This document shows positions 1 to 9,206 of a stretch of DNA of 64,000 nucleotides, piece after piece. Positions within the stretch are counted from its first letter, which is position 1. Each line of letters starts with the position of its first letter. The stretch comes from an uncultured Candidatus Saccharibacteria bacterium (GTDB taxonomy: Bacteria > Patescibacteriota > Minisyncoccia > Minisyncoccales > CAZKCU01), in assembly GCA_964431915.1 (NCBI GenBank), contig CAYSLI010000001.1, forward strand, positions 191,824-255,823, written 5' to 3'. The notes under the pieces are model-generated. The model did no database searches, was not told the DNA's origin, and worked only from the letters and a program-made list of their open reading frames with translations. Made by a program: the position numbers and the translations under genes.

Positions 1-1
1 G

Positions 2-334
2 TTAAAAAAAAGACATGGTATTGGATTTTCGGAGATGAAGATTGGAAGAATTCTATCTCCCTTGATTGATTTGATGCTTTCTGAGATAGAAAAAATCTCC
101 CAGAACTTCTATAAGACTGAGGGAAAAGAAATAGAAAAAGTTATTTTAGCCGGGGGATCGGCCCTACTTCCCGGGCTGAAAGAATACTCTTTAAAGCGCC
201 TCAAAAAAACTGTGGAGATAGCTAATCCTTTTACTGAAATTTTTTATTCCCCAGTTTTAGAACAAACTTTAAGAGAAATAGGGCCTTCTTATGCGATAGC
301 GGTTGGAATGGCTCTCAGGGGTTTGAAGTTTTGA
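2..334 (+). CDS. pilM: Type IV pilus assembly protein PilM, C-terminal part (5'-truncated by window edge)
   Basis: Frame is open from position 2. Actin-like motifs VILAGGSALLPGL, IANPF and YAIAVGMALR; first gene of the pil cluster. Confidence 0.85.
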   Translation, partial: LKKRHGIGFSEMKIGRILSPLIDLMLSEIEKISQNFYKTEGKEIEKVILAGGSALLPGLKEYSLKRLKKTVEIANPFTEIFYSPVLEQTLREIGPSYAIAVGMALRGLKF

Positions 335-353
335 GTAACCACTAATATCATTT

Positions 354-881
354 ATGCCAATAGAAATTATTCCAAAAAAAGTTGAAGCTAAATTACCGGT
401 AGTTAATATTTTATCCTATTTATCCTTAATTTTACTTATTATTTCTGTTTTGGGTTACTTTATCTTAGGTTATTTTCAAAAAAATTCAGCCAGGACTCTT
501 CAGAATATAGAAGATATTATATCCCAAAAAGAAACCCCTGAAGTAAAAGTCTTGGAGAAAAGAGTTTTTGGATACCAGAAAAAAATTGAGATAGTTAGTT
601 CTTTGCTTACTTCTCATAAGGTGAGCAGGAATTTCTTTAGTTTTCTTGAAAGTTTCTCCTATCCTAAAATTTTCTTTTCTAAGCTAGATTTAAATGTTGG
701 AAAATTGCAGGCTTCCGTTTCTGGTCAAACAGAGACCTTTGAGAGTTTAGGCCAGCAACTTTTGATTTTTAGAAGGGGAGAATTTGTTAAAGATGTTAAT
801 TTAACAGAGGTTTCAATTGGAAAAGAGGGGGAAGTTAAATTTACCATTGAACTTTCTTTTAACCCTCAGCTATTTAAATAA
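354..881 (+). CDS. PilN-like pilus alignment protein
   Basis: N-terminal TM helix, coiled coil and ferredoxin-like C-terminus; lies between pilM and pilO. Confidence 0.65.
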   Translation: MPIEIIPKKVEAKLPVVNILSYLSLILLIISVLGYFILGYFQKNSARTLQNIEDIISQKETPEVKVLEKRVFGYQKKIEIVSSLLTSHKVSRNFFSFLESFSYPKIFFSKLDLNVGKLQASVSGQTETFESLGQQLLIFRRGEFVKDVNLTEVSIGKEGEVKFTIELSFNPQLFK

Positions 882-896
882 AATTAGGAATTACCT

Positions 897-1436
897 ATGT
901 CAAAATCAATTGCCATTGTCATTTTACTCATCAGCATCTTGGTGATAGGGGTTTTCTTAATCTGGCCAAAGTACCAGGACCTGAAAGGCCTCCAGCTTGA
1001 AATTGGGAAAAGGAGAGCTGAACTTCAATACAAAGAAAAATATATTTTAAATCTCCAGGAAGTTTCCGAAGAACTGGAAAAATATAAGCCAGAACTTTCT
1101 AAGATCGATTCTGCTCTTCCCTTTAATCCTTCTTTGCCTTCTCTGTTTAATTTCTTACAAAAAGCCAGTTCTCAAAGCGGTCTGATTTTTAGAAATGTCG
1201 ATTCCTTTTCCATAACTACCCCTAAAGAAAAACCAGGAATTAAAGAAATTAGTCTCAATCTCGAAGTTTCTGGTTCTTATTCTGCTTTTAGAAATTTTCT
1301 TTCGACCTTAGAAAAATCAGCCAGACTCATTGAAATAGAAAACATCTCTTTTTCCTCTCCTGGAGAAAAACCCACTGTTTCCACAAAGGAAACTCCTTTT
1401 GATTTTGATTTAAGAATAAAAGTTTACTCTTATTAA
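897..1436 (+). CDS. pilO: Type IV pilus assembly protein PilO
   Basis: TM helix plus coiled coil; LP..PSLPSL and GSYSAFRNFLSTLEKSARLIEIENI motifs. Confidence 0.8.
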   Translation: MSKSIAIVILLISILVIGVFLIWPKYQDLKGLQLEIGKRRAELQYKEKYILNLQEVSEELEKYKPELSKIDSALPFNPSLPSLFNFLQKASSQSGLIFRNVDSFSITTPKEKPGIKEISLNLEVSGSYSAFRNFLSTLEKSARLIEIENISFSSPGEKPTVSTKETPFDFDLRIKVYSY

Positions 1437-1449
1437 TTTACCAGGGACT

Positions 1450-1719
1450 ATGGCTATTACATTTTTTCAACGTAGAAAGAAACAAAAATCTCTAGTTTTA
1501 GTTTTTGTGGTAGTAATTATTTTAATTTTTGTTGTAGTTTGGCGAGGTTTTTTGACAAAATCTGAACCTGTTTTGGCTCCGATAATTTTAGAACCTCCAA
1601 AAATAGAAATAAATTTTGGAGTATTAAAAAGTCCTATTTTAAAAGAGTTTCAATCTTTTGAAGAAATTAAGCCTTTTGAAGAAGAAATAGGTCGAGAAAA
1701 TCCATTTGAACCCTACTAA
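1450..1719 (+). CDS. Small membrane-anchored pilus protein (PilP position)
   Basis: Single TM helix and C-terminal GRENPF motif; lies between pilO and pilB. Confidence 0.55.
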   Translation: MAITFFQRRKKQKSLVLVFVVVIILIFVVVWRGFLTKSEPVLAPIILEPPKIEINFGVLKSPILKEFQSFEEIKPFEEEIGRENPFEPY

Positions 1720-1721
1720 CT

Positions 1722-3452
1722 ATGCCAACTTTAGTCCAGCAACTGGTCAAAAAAGGAATTTTAGAAAAGGAAAAAGCCGCCTCGCTGGAATTCGAAATTA
1801 AGAGTTCCGGAAAAAAAGATGAGAAGGTAATTTTAGAAAGGGGGATTGTTTCTGAGAGTTTTTTATTTGGTTTAAAGAGTGAGAATTTAAAAATTCCCTT
1901 AAAGGACGTAGTAGCTTCGGAAATTCCTTTGAAAATTCTAGAACTCATTCCCGAAGAATCGGCCAGATATTACAAAATGGTGCCCCTATTAAAGAAAGAT
2001 AATCTCCTGGAAGTTGGGATGGTTTTTCCCGAAGATCTAAAAGCTCAAGAAGCATTGAAATTTTTAGCCAGGCAGGGCAAGTTTTCTTATCAGGTTTTTT
2101 TAATTACCTTAACTTCTTTTAATAATCTTTTAAAACAATACCGAACTTTAAAAAAAGAAGTAAGCCGCGCCCTCGAGGAGTTAGAAATTGAGTTAAGGGA
2201 AGAAAAAATGGAGATAAAGCCAATGAGAGCGGCTGAATTTGAGAGATTGGCTGAAGAAGCTCCTATTATCAAAGTAGTAGCAGTTATTCTAAGACATGCA
2301 GCTGAGGGAGGAGCCTCTGATATTCACGTTGAGCCGACTAAAGAAAAATCAAGAGTCCGATTTAGGGTTGATGGGATTTTACATTCTTCTATTTTTTTGC
2401 CTTTAAGAGTTCATCCGGCAGTTGTGGCCAGAATTAAAATTTTATCCAATTTAAAAATTGATGAAACCAGAATTCCTCAAGATGGTCGGTTTTCAACAAA
2501 AATTAATGGCAAAGATATTGATTTCCGAGTTTCTACTTTTCCCACTGCTTTAGGAGAAAAGGCAGCAATAAGAGTTCTTGATCCCACCGAAGGATTAAAA
2601 TCCTTTGAAGAACTGGGATTGGAGAGGAAAAGTTTTGAAGTGGTAAAGGCAGCTATTAAAAAACCTTATGGTTTAATTTTAGCTACCGGTCCCACTGGTT
2701 GCGGAAAAACCACTACTTTGTATGCGATTTTAAATATTCTAAATAAAGAAGGGGTAAACATTGTCACCCTTGAGGATCCTATCGAATATTTTGTTGGAGG
2801 AGTTAATCAATCCCAGATAAGGCCTGAAATTGGTTACGATTTTAGCCAGGGTCTTAGGCAGGTGGTCAGACAGGACCCAGATGTTATTATGGTCGGAGAA
2901 ATTCGAGATGAAGAGACAGCAGCTTTAGCTATTCACTCTGCTCTAACCGGCCATATTGTTTTATCTACCTTGCATACCAACAATGCCGTAGGAGTAATTC
3001 CAAGACTTATTGATATGCAAGTGAAACCTTTTTTAATTCCCTCTGCTTTAAGTATAGCCATAGCCCAAAGATTGGTAGGTAAATTGTGTCCCTACTGCAA
3101 AAAAAAGGTAAAGCCAAAAAAAGAAGTTCAAAATTTAATTTTAAAAGAGGTCGAATCTTTGCCTCAAATTATTAAAAAGAAGGTTAAAATTTCCTCCCCG
3201 CTCTCGATTTATGAGGCTAAAGGCTGTAAAAAATGCAATTTTAGAGGTTTTTCCGGCCGGATTGGAGTTTTTGAAGTACTGTCAATGACTGATGAGTTAT
3301 CTCAGATAATCTTAAAAGAACCCGAAGAGCAAAAAATTATTCGGGAAGCTTCTCGTCAGGGAATGATTACTATGAGACAAGACGGAATACTGAAAGTATT
3401 AGACGGCATTACCACTATTGAAGAGGTCTTGAGAGTAGCTGAGGAAAAATAA
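1722..3452 (+). CDS. pilB: Type IV pilus extension ATPase PilB/GspE
   Basis: ASDIHVEP, Walker A GPTGCGKTTT, TLEDPIEY, RQDPDVIMVGEIRD, tetra-Cys Zn motif. Confidence 0.95.
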   Translation: MPTLVQQLVKKGILEKEKAASLEFEIKSSGKKDEKVILERGIVSESFLFGLKSENLKIPLKDVVASEIPLKILELIPEESARYYKMVPLLKKDNLLEVGMVFPEDLKAQEALKFLARQGKFSYQVFLITLTSFNNLLKQYRTLKKEVSRALEELEIELREEKMEIKPMRAAEFERLAEEAPIIKVVAVILRHAAEGGASDIHVEPTKEKSRVRFRVDGILHSSIFLPLRVHPAVVARIKILSNLKIDETRIPQDGRFSTKINGKDIDFRVSTFPTALGEKAAIRVLDPTEGLKSFEELGLERKSFEVVKAAIKKPYGLILATGPTGCGKTTTLYAILNILNKEGVNIVTLEDPIEYFVGGVNQSQIRPEIGYDFSQGLRQVVRQDPDVIMVGEIRDEETAALAIHSALTGHIVLSTLHTNNAVGVIPRLIDMQVKPFLIPSALSIAIAQRLVGKLCPYCKKKVKPKKEVQNLILKEVESLPQIIKKKVKISSPLSIYEAKGCKKCNFRGFSGRIGVFEVLSMTDELSQIILKEPEEQKIIREASRQGMITMRQDGILKVLDGITTIEEVLRVAEEK

Positions 3453-3471
3453 ATATCAAATTTTTAAAAAT

Positions 3472-4539
3472 ATGTCCAATTATACTTCCCAACTTAGAGA
3501 TTTATTAGCTTTAACTATTCAAGAACAATCCTCTGATTTACATATTTCAGTAGGTCATCCTCCGACTTTGAGAGTCACAGGTCGCCTTGTTCCTTTAGTA
3601 AAAATGAAAAAAATTTTACCAGAGGATTCTCAAGGGCTTGCTTTTGAATTGATGCATGAAGACCAGCGGCAGAGATTTCTTCAGCAAAAAGAGATTGATT
3701 TCTCCTATAATTTTGAAGATAAGGCTCGCTTTAGAGTTAATATTTTTTTTCAAAAAAGAAATATATCTGCTGCTCTTCGTTTAATTCCGGCAGAAATTCA
3801 AACCATTGAGGAGTTAAATCTTTCCCCGGTTTTACACGAGTTTACTAAACCAAACCAGGGGTTTGTTCTAATTACCGGACCTTCTTCTCATGGAAAATCT
3901 ACCACTTTAGCTGCTCTAATTGACGAGATAAATCACACCAAAAGCGAGCATATCATTACCATTGAAGACCCCATAGAATATATTTTTAAAGATGACAAAT
4001 GTATTATTGACCAGAGAGAGGTTTATCAGGACACTCTCTCTTTTGCCCGGGCTCTAAAGTCTACTTTTCGCCAGGACCCTAATGTAATTATGGTTGGAGA
4101 AATGAGAGATCCTGAGACCATCTCCACTGCCATTACAGCTGCTGAGACCGGCCACTTAGTTTTTGCAACTTTGCATACAAATTCAGCCAGCCAGACTATT
4201 CATCGAATCGTTGACTCTTTTCCTCCAGACCAACAAGTCCAGATTAGAGCCCAGCTGTCAGGCTCTCTCTTAGGGGTAGTTTCTCAAAGACTCGTTCCGA
4301 GAATTAGAGGAGGATTAATACCGGCCTGTGAAGTGATGATTTCTAACGCGGCGGTATCTAATATAATTCGGGAAAATAAAATTCATGAATTGGATCTTGT
4401 TATTGAAACTTCAGCTGAATTAGGAATGATTAGCATCAATAGAGCTTTGGCCGATCTGGTTAAGGTCAAGGAAATTTCCTTAAAGAATGCCCTCATTTAC
4501 TCTTTAAATCCCGCCGAGTTGAGAAAGCTGGTAAGATAA
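3472..4539 (+). CDS. pilT: Type IV pilus retraction ATPase PilT
   Basis: SDLHISVGHPP, GPSSHGKSTT, RQDPNVIMVGEMRD, AAETGHLVFATLHTN, NIIRE motif. Confidence 0.93.
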   Translation: MSNYTSQLRDLLALTIQEQSSDLHISVGHPPTLRVTGRLVPLVKMKKILPEDSQGLAFELMHEDQRQRFLQQKEIDFSYNFEDKARFRVNIFFQKRNISAALRLIPAEIQTIEELNLSPVLHEFTKPNQGFVLITGPSSHGKSTTLAALIDEINHTKSEHIITIEDPIEYIFKDDKCIIDQREVYQDTLSFARALKSTFRQDPNVIMVGEMRDPETISTAITAAETGHLVFATLHTNSASQTIHRIVDSFPPDQQVQIRAQLSGSLLGVVSQRLVPRIRGGLIPACEVMISNAAVSNIIRENKIHELDLVIETSAELGMISINRALADLVKVKEISLKNALIYSLNPAELRKLVR

Positions 4540-4548
4540 TAATCAAAT

Positions 4549-5751
4549 ATGAAGTTTAACTATCAGGCAAGAACTCAAGAAGGTCAGATTCAAACAGGTG
4601 TTGTTGAGGCTTCTTCAAGAGAAGCAGCTCTTACTCTTTTGCAAAAATATGGATTGTATGTCACTTTTTTTGAGGTAAGTAAAGTTCCCTTTTACGCTAA
4701 AAGAATAGAAATCTCTCAAAGAATTTCCAGAAAGGATGTAGTAATATTCTCTCGCCAGTTAGCCATCATGTTCAAATCTAATGTTCCGGTGGTAGAAGCT
4801 CTTCAGACTTTATCTAATCAAACCAAAAACCAGAATTTCAAAGAAAAAATTCTTAAAATATCCGAAAAGGTAGAAGGAGGAACTTCTCTTTCTGTCTCTC
4901 TGAGTTCCTATCCTAAGATTTTTTCTCCCTTTTATACAAATATGGTCAAATCTGGTGAAGTCTCCGGTAAGCTTTCTGAAGTTTTAGGCTATTTAGCCGA
5001 CCATTTAGAAAGGGAATATAATTTTTACTCAAAAGCAATTACGGCAATGATTTATCCTGTTTTTGTTTTTTTTGTTTTTTTAATTATTCTAACCCTGATG
5101 GTTGTTTTTGTTGTTCCTCAATTATCTCAGGTTTTAGAAGCTACTGGCGAAGAAGTCCCCCAGATTACTAAAGTAGCAATGGGTCTTTCAAGTTTTCTGA
5201 AAAGATGGTGGTGGGTTTTTACTTTATTCTTTTTAGGGTTGGGAATTTTTGTTTTTAAATTTTCAAGAAATAAAGAAGGAAAAAAAATTGTTGATAAATT
5301 CTCTCTAAAATTACCTCTATTAGGCGAATTTTTTAAAAAAATTTATCTTTCTCGCTTAGCCGAGAATCTTTCCACTTTAATTTCCAGTGGTCTTCCAATT
5401 GTTCGGGCTCTTGAAATTACTGGAAAAATCATTGGGAATGATGTCTACGAAACTATTATTTTGAAGACCCAGGAAGGGGTAAAAAGAGGAGAGCCAATGA
5501 GTTCAATTCTTTTAAGGTATCAAGAATTTTTTCCTCCTCTATTTGTCCAGATGACGGTAGTAGGAGAAAGGACCGGCCAATTAGGAGTAGCCTTGATGAA
5601 TATAGTTAATTTTTACCAAAGAGATGTTGAAAGGACCTTGGATAGTTTTGTCAGTCTTTTGGAGCCAATTTTAATTATTGGTTTAGGAGTAATTGTGGCT
5701 GGGTTAGTTATGGCTTTTTTACTGCCTATTTACCGTTTGGGGATGTTTTGA
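4549..5751 (+). CDS. pilC: Type IV pilus platform protein PilC/GspF
   Basis: Two GspF repeats (FSRQLAIM..S; GE.SG.L; LLEPILI). Confidence 0.93.
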   Translation: MKFNYQARTQEGQIQTGVVEASSREAALTLLQKYGLYVTFFEVSKVPFYAKRIEISQRISRKDVVIFSRQLAIMFKSNVPVVEALQTLSNQTKNQNFKEKILKISEKVEGGTSLSVSLSSYPKIFSPFYTNMVKSGEVSGKLSEVLGYLADHLEREYNFYSKAITAMIYPVFVFFVFLIILTLMVVFVVPQLSQVLEATGEEVPQITKVAMGLSSFLKRWWWVFTLFFLGLGIFVFKFSRNKEGKKIVDKFSLKLPLLGEFFKKIYLSRLAENLSTLISSGLPIVRALEITGKIIGNDVYETIILKTQEGVKRGEPMSSILLRYQEFFPPLFVQMTVVGERTGQLGVALMNIVNFYQRDVERTLDSFVSLLEPILIIGLGVIVAGLVMAFLLPIYRLGMF

Positions 5752-5770
5752 AGTTTTCCACAACTTGGCC

Positions 5771-5801
5771 TTGACTTAGATAAACTATTATATGTTATAA
5801 T
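5771..5801 (+). promoter_or_regulatory. Sigma70-type promoter of the major pilin
   Basis: TTGACT at 5771-5776 and extended -10 TGnTATAAT at 5793-5801; 19-nt spacing. Confidence 0.6.
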
Positions 5802-5899
5802 CTATAGAAGAGATTTCAACCTTTGCCATAATAAATTGATATTTAAAAATTAAAGGTCGAGTAATGCTAAAAATTTAAAAACTAATAAATAATATTAAA

Positions 5900-6325
5900 A
5901 TGAAAATCTTTACTAAAAAGGGTTTTACTCTTATTGAACTTTTGGTGGTTATTGCTATTATCGGGATTTTAGCCTCAATTGTTTTGATTTCTTTAGGTGG
6001 AGCCAGAGATAAGGCAAAGGACGCTAGGGCTATTGCTGAAATGAGCCAGATTCGAGCCACAGCTGAAATGATTTATGCTTCAGATGGAGACTATGATAAT
6101 GTTGTCTGCACTCAAGCTGATATGAAAGCTCTTTGTGATGATATTAAGGCTCAGACAGGAGAAGATGTAAGCGTTAGCAAACCTACCTCACCTGCTTTGG
6201 AATATTGTGCCTCTGTTAAATTACTTACCCAAAAAGACGGTGCTGATAATTATTATTGCGTAGATAGTACCGGAATAGCAAAAGAGACTACAGCGGCTTG
6301 TACAGCTACTCATACCTGTCCATAA
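5900..6325 (+). CDS. pilA: Major type IV pilin
   Basis: KKG/FTLIELLVVIAIIGILA prepilin motif; has its own promoter and a strong terminator. Confidence 0.85.
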   Translation: MKIFTKKGFTLIELLVVIAIIGILASIVLISLGGARDKAKDARAIAEMSQIRATAEMIYASDGDYDNVVCTQADMKALCDDIKAQTGEDVSVSKPTSPALEYCASVKLLTQKDGADNYYCVDSTGIAKETTAACTATHTCP

Positions 6326-6358
6326 ACTGGCAAAAGAGATTCGTTTGTTAAATTAGCT

Positions 6359-6394
6359 AAATCAAAGCCCGCCTTCGGCGGGTTTTGATTTTTT
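6359..6394 (+). terminator. Intrinsic terminator after pilin
   Basis: AAATCAAAGCCCGCC-TTC-GGCGGGTTTTGATTT stem followed by a T run. Confidence 0.85.
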
Positions 6395-6422
6395 ACAATT
6401 TAAAGGTTAAAATAGAGAGAAA

Positions 6423-7190
6423 ATGGGGTTTTTCTATTTCATAGTTTTTATTTTTGGTCTAATAGTCGGAAGTTTTTTGAATTCAATAATTTATCGCCTA
6501 CCTTCTGGCAAAAGTTTTTTAATTCAGAGATCTTATTGCCCTTATTGTAAACACAAATTAAGTTGGAAAGATTTAATCCCGATTTTCAGCTTTCTAATTT
6601 TAAAAGGAAAATGCCGCTATTGTAAAAAAGCAATTTCTTGGCAATACCCCTTAGTGGAACTGACCACAGCAATTTTATTTCTCTCATTTTTCATTTCTCA
6701 TTTTTCATTTTTCATTTTTATCATTGCTTGTTTCCTAATAATTATTTTCGTTTATGATTTAAAACACTACATTATTCCTGATAAAATAATTTATCCAGCC
6801 ATTGCCATAGCTTTTTTTTATCAATTGCTACGCCCCGTACTCAACAAAGTTGTAGTATCGGGGTTTGGAATTTTAAATCCTCTTTCCTCTGCTATTTTAG
6901 CCAGCTTATTTTTTCTTTTAATAGTTTTGTTCTCCCGGGGTAAATGGATGGGCCTCGGCGATGTAAAATTAGCTTTCTTTATGGGTTTATTTTTGGGTTT
7001 TCCAAATATTTTAATTGCTCTATTTTTAGCTTTTTTTATCGGTGCTATAATAGGAATAGGGATGATAATGTCTGGTAAAAAAACTCTAAAGTCAGAGATT
7101 CCCTTTGGGCCATTTCTTGTAACAGGGACATTCATAGCATTGTTTTGGGGACAAGCGATTATTAATTGGTATTTAAATTTATTTTTATGA
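6423..7190 (+). CDS. pilD: Prepilin peptidase
   Basis: GSFLN, RSYCPYC, GKCRYC, GLGDVKL and IPFGPFL motifs. Confidence 0.95.
   Translation: MGFFYFIVFIFGLIVGSFLNSIIYRLPSGKSFLIQRSYCPYCKHKLSWKDLIPIFSFLILKGKCRYCKKAISWQYPLVELTTAILFLSFFISHFSFFIFIIACFLIIIFVYDLKHYIIPDKIIYPAIAIAFFYQLLRPVLNKVVVSGFGILNPLSSAILASLFFLLIVLFSRGKWMGLGDVKLAFFMGLFLGFPNILIALFLAFFIGAIIGIGMIMSGKKTLKSEIPFGPFLVTGTFIALFWGQAIINWYLNLFL
6833..6863. repeat. Short palindromic insert (CCCCGTA...TCGGGG) in frame within pilD
   Basis: Imperfect hairpin whose ends resemble the elements at 56674-56823; encodes RPVLNKVVVSG. Confidence 0.45.
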
Positions 7191-7705
7191 AGAGAGGCTT
7201 TACTTTAATTGAGCTCATTGTTGTCACCAGTATAATCATTCTTTTGTCGGTGATAGTCTTTCCTAATTATCGGGATATCGAGAGGCAATTTGCCCTTCAG
7301 AGGTCATCCCACAAATTGGCCCAGGATATAAGAAGAGCCGGGGAGATGGCGATGTCAACAAAAGAATTTCAGGGAAAAGTTCCGGCTGGCTACGGAATTT
7401 ATTTAAAGCAAGGAGAAAAGGATTATTTACTTTACGCTGACACTAATCCACCTGGGGGAAATGAGAAATACGATGGAGGAGATGACAAAATAGAAACTAT
7501 TAATTTAGAGAAAGGAGTATATATTCAGAATATTTCGCCTTCTTCTTTGAGTATAAATTTTAAACCTCCCATCCCGACTATTAAGATTAAAAAGGAAGGT
7601 GGCCAAGATTCAACAACAGCTGTAATAACCCTCTCGCTTGAATCTGATTCAACAAAAACAAAAATAATTAAAGTCAACTCCGCCGGTTTAATTGATGTCG
7701 AATAA
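7187..7705 (+). CDS. Minor pilin (FimT/GspH-like)
   Basis: MKRG/FTLIELIVV prepilin motif; start codon overlaps the pilD stop. Confidence 0.8.
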   Translation: MKRGFTLIELIVVTSIIILLSVIVFPNYRDIERQFALQRSSHKLAQDIRRAGEMAMSTKEFQGKVPAGYGIYLKQGEKDYLLYADTNPPGGNEKYDGGDDKIETINLEKGVYIQNISPSSLSINFKPPIPTIKIKKEGGQDSTTAVITLSLESDSTKTKIIKVNSAGLIDVE

Positions 7706-8222
7706 ACTATTGCAAAATTACCGTAACAAAAAGAAAATAGGAGAAGAAAAGGCATTTACCTTGTTGGAGGTATTGGTAGCTATTTTTGTAATTACGGTAG
7801 GGATAACCGGAACTTTGGGCATAATTCAACAGGCAATTTCTTATACTCAACTTTCTTCCTCAAGACTGGTAGCTAACTATTTGGCCCAGGAGGGAATTGA
7901 AATAGTTAGAAACATCAGAGACACAAATTGGCTTGAAGGGAGAACCAATCCAGGTATTACTTGGTCAGATGGTATTCCTTCGGGTAATTGGGAAGCAGAT
8001 TATAAAACTCAAAATTTAACCCAAAGTTATGCTGGTACTTATTTAAATATTGATAATGACGGTTTTTATAGTTATTCTTCTGGTTCCCCGACAAAATTTG
8101 AGAGAAAAATTGCTATTTCAAAAGACACAGATATTTTGAAAATTTCTGTTCAAGTTGAGTGGCGAGAAAGGAGAAGAGATCATCAGGTTACTGTCCAAGA
8201 GAATTTATATAAATGGTATTAA
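7692..8222 (+). CDS. Minor pilin (PilV-like)
   Basis: KA/FTLLEVLVA and LAQEGIEIVRNIRD motifs. Confidence 0.8.
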   Translation: MMSNKLLQNYRNKKKIGEEKAFTLLEVLVAIFVITVGITGTLGIIQQAISYTQLSSSRLVANYLAQEGIEIVRNIRDTNWLEGRTNPGITWSDGIPSGNWEADYKTQNLTQSYAGTYLNIDNDGFYSYSSGSPTKFERKIAISKDTDILKISVQVEWRERRRDHQVTVQENLYKWY

Positions 8223-8249
8223 AATCATTTAAAATAAGTAAATATTAAT

Positions 8250-8840
8250 ATGTTTAAATGCTTAAATGCTAAAATGACGAAGGGGGGATTTACTTTGATT
8301 GAGATGCTGGTGGCGGTGATGATTTTTTCTCTGATTATAGGAGTAATTTCAGGAGTTTTTATTTCTGGTCTTAGGGGTCAGAAAATGACCCTGTCTTCTC
8401 AAAAGCTTTTAGATCAAATAAGTTATGCCTTAGAATATATGAGCCGGGCTTTGAGGATGGCAAATAAACAGACTGCTGATATTCCTACTTGTCTTTCCCA
8501 GGAAGGTTTGAATTATGAAATTACCCATAGTGGTTCTGGCCTGAAATTTATAAATCATTTAGAAGAAGATGATTGCCAAGAATTTTTCCTTGAAGATAGC
8601 CAGTTAAAATACAGAAAAAAAATTGGTCAGGCAGGTGAGGAAACATTGGACCTAACTTCTTCTAATCTCCAAATAACCTATCTTAATTTTTCCATTAGTG
8701 GGGAGGGGCAAGATGATGACCTTCAACCAAGAGTAACAATCTTTTTAAATATGAAAGGTAAAGGCCAAAAACCTGAGGAACAGCCAGAGATGAAAATTCA
8801 AACCACAATTTCTCAAAGAAACCTCGATGTTAAATATTAA
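8250..8840 (+). CDS. Minor pilin (PilW/GspJ-like)
   Basis: GG/FTLIEMLVAVMIFS; true start may be 8274. Confidence 0.8.
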   Translation: MFKCLNAKMTKGGFTLIEMLVAVMIFSLIIGVISGVFISGLRGQKMTLSSQKLLDQISYALEYMSRALRMANKQTADIPTCLSQEGLNYEITHSGSGLKFINHLEEDDCQEFFLEDSQLKYRKKIGQAGEETLDLTSSNLQITYLNFSISGEGQDDDLQPRVTIFLNMKGKGQKPEEQPEMKIQTTISQRNLDVKY

Positions 8841-8856
8841 TCGGACTATTAAGGCT

Positions 8857-9198
8857 ATGAACTATAAAAAAATCTCGCAAAAAGGCGTTTCTCTTTATCT
8901 TGCCCTATTGATTATGGCCGTCCTTTTGTCCATAGGATTGGGGATATCAGCCATTTTATTTGGTCAAATAAAGATAATAAGAGGAATAGGAGATTCGATA
9001 GTAGCTTTTTATGCTGCTGATACCGGGATTGAAGAAGTGCTTTATAGGGGAGCAGCTGTTTCTGGAAATTTAGAAAATGGAGCAAGTTATAGCACCCGAG
9101 TTTTAGCACCAGGACCAGATTGTACAGCTACTAACTACTGCATCATATCAAAAGGAAGTTTTAAGGAAACAAAAAGGGCAATCGAAATCATAAGGTAA
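8857..9198 (+). CDS. Minor pilin (PilX-like)
   Basis: QKG/VSLYLAL without E5; AFYAADTGIE motif. Confidence 0.75.
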   Translation: MNYKKISQKGVSLYLALLIMAVLLSIGLGISAILFGQIKIIRGIGDSIVAFYAADTGIEEVLYRGAAVSGNLENGASYSTRVLAPGPDCTATNYCIISKGSFKETKRAIEIIR

Positions 9199-9206
9199 AT
9201 CTATCT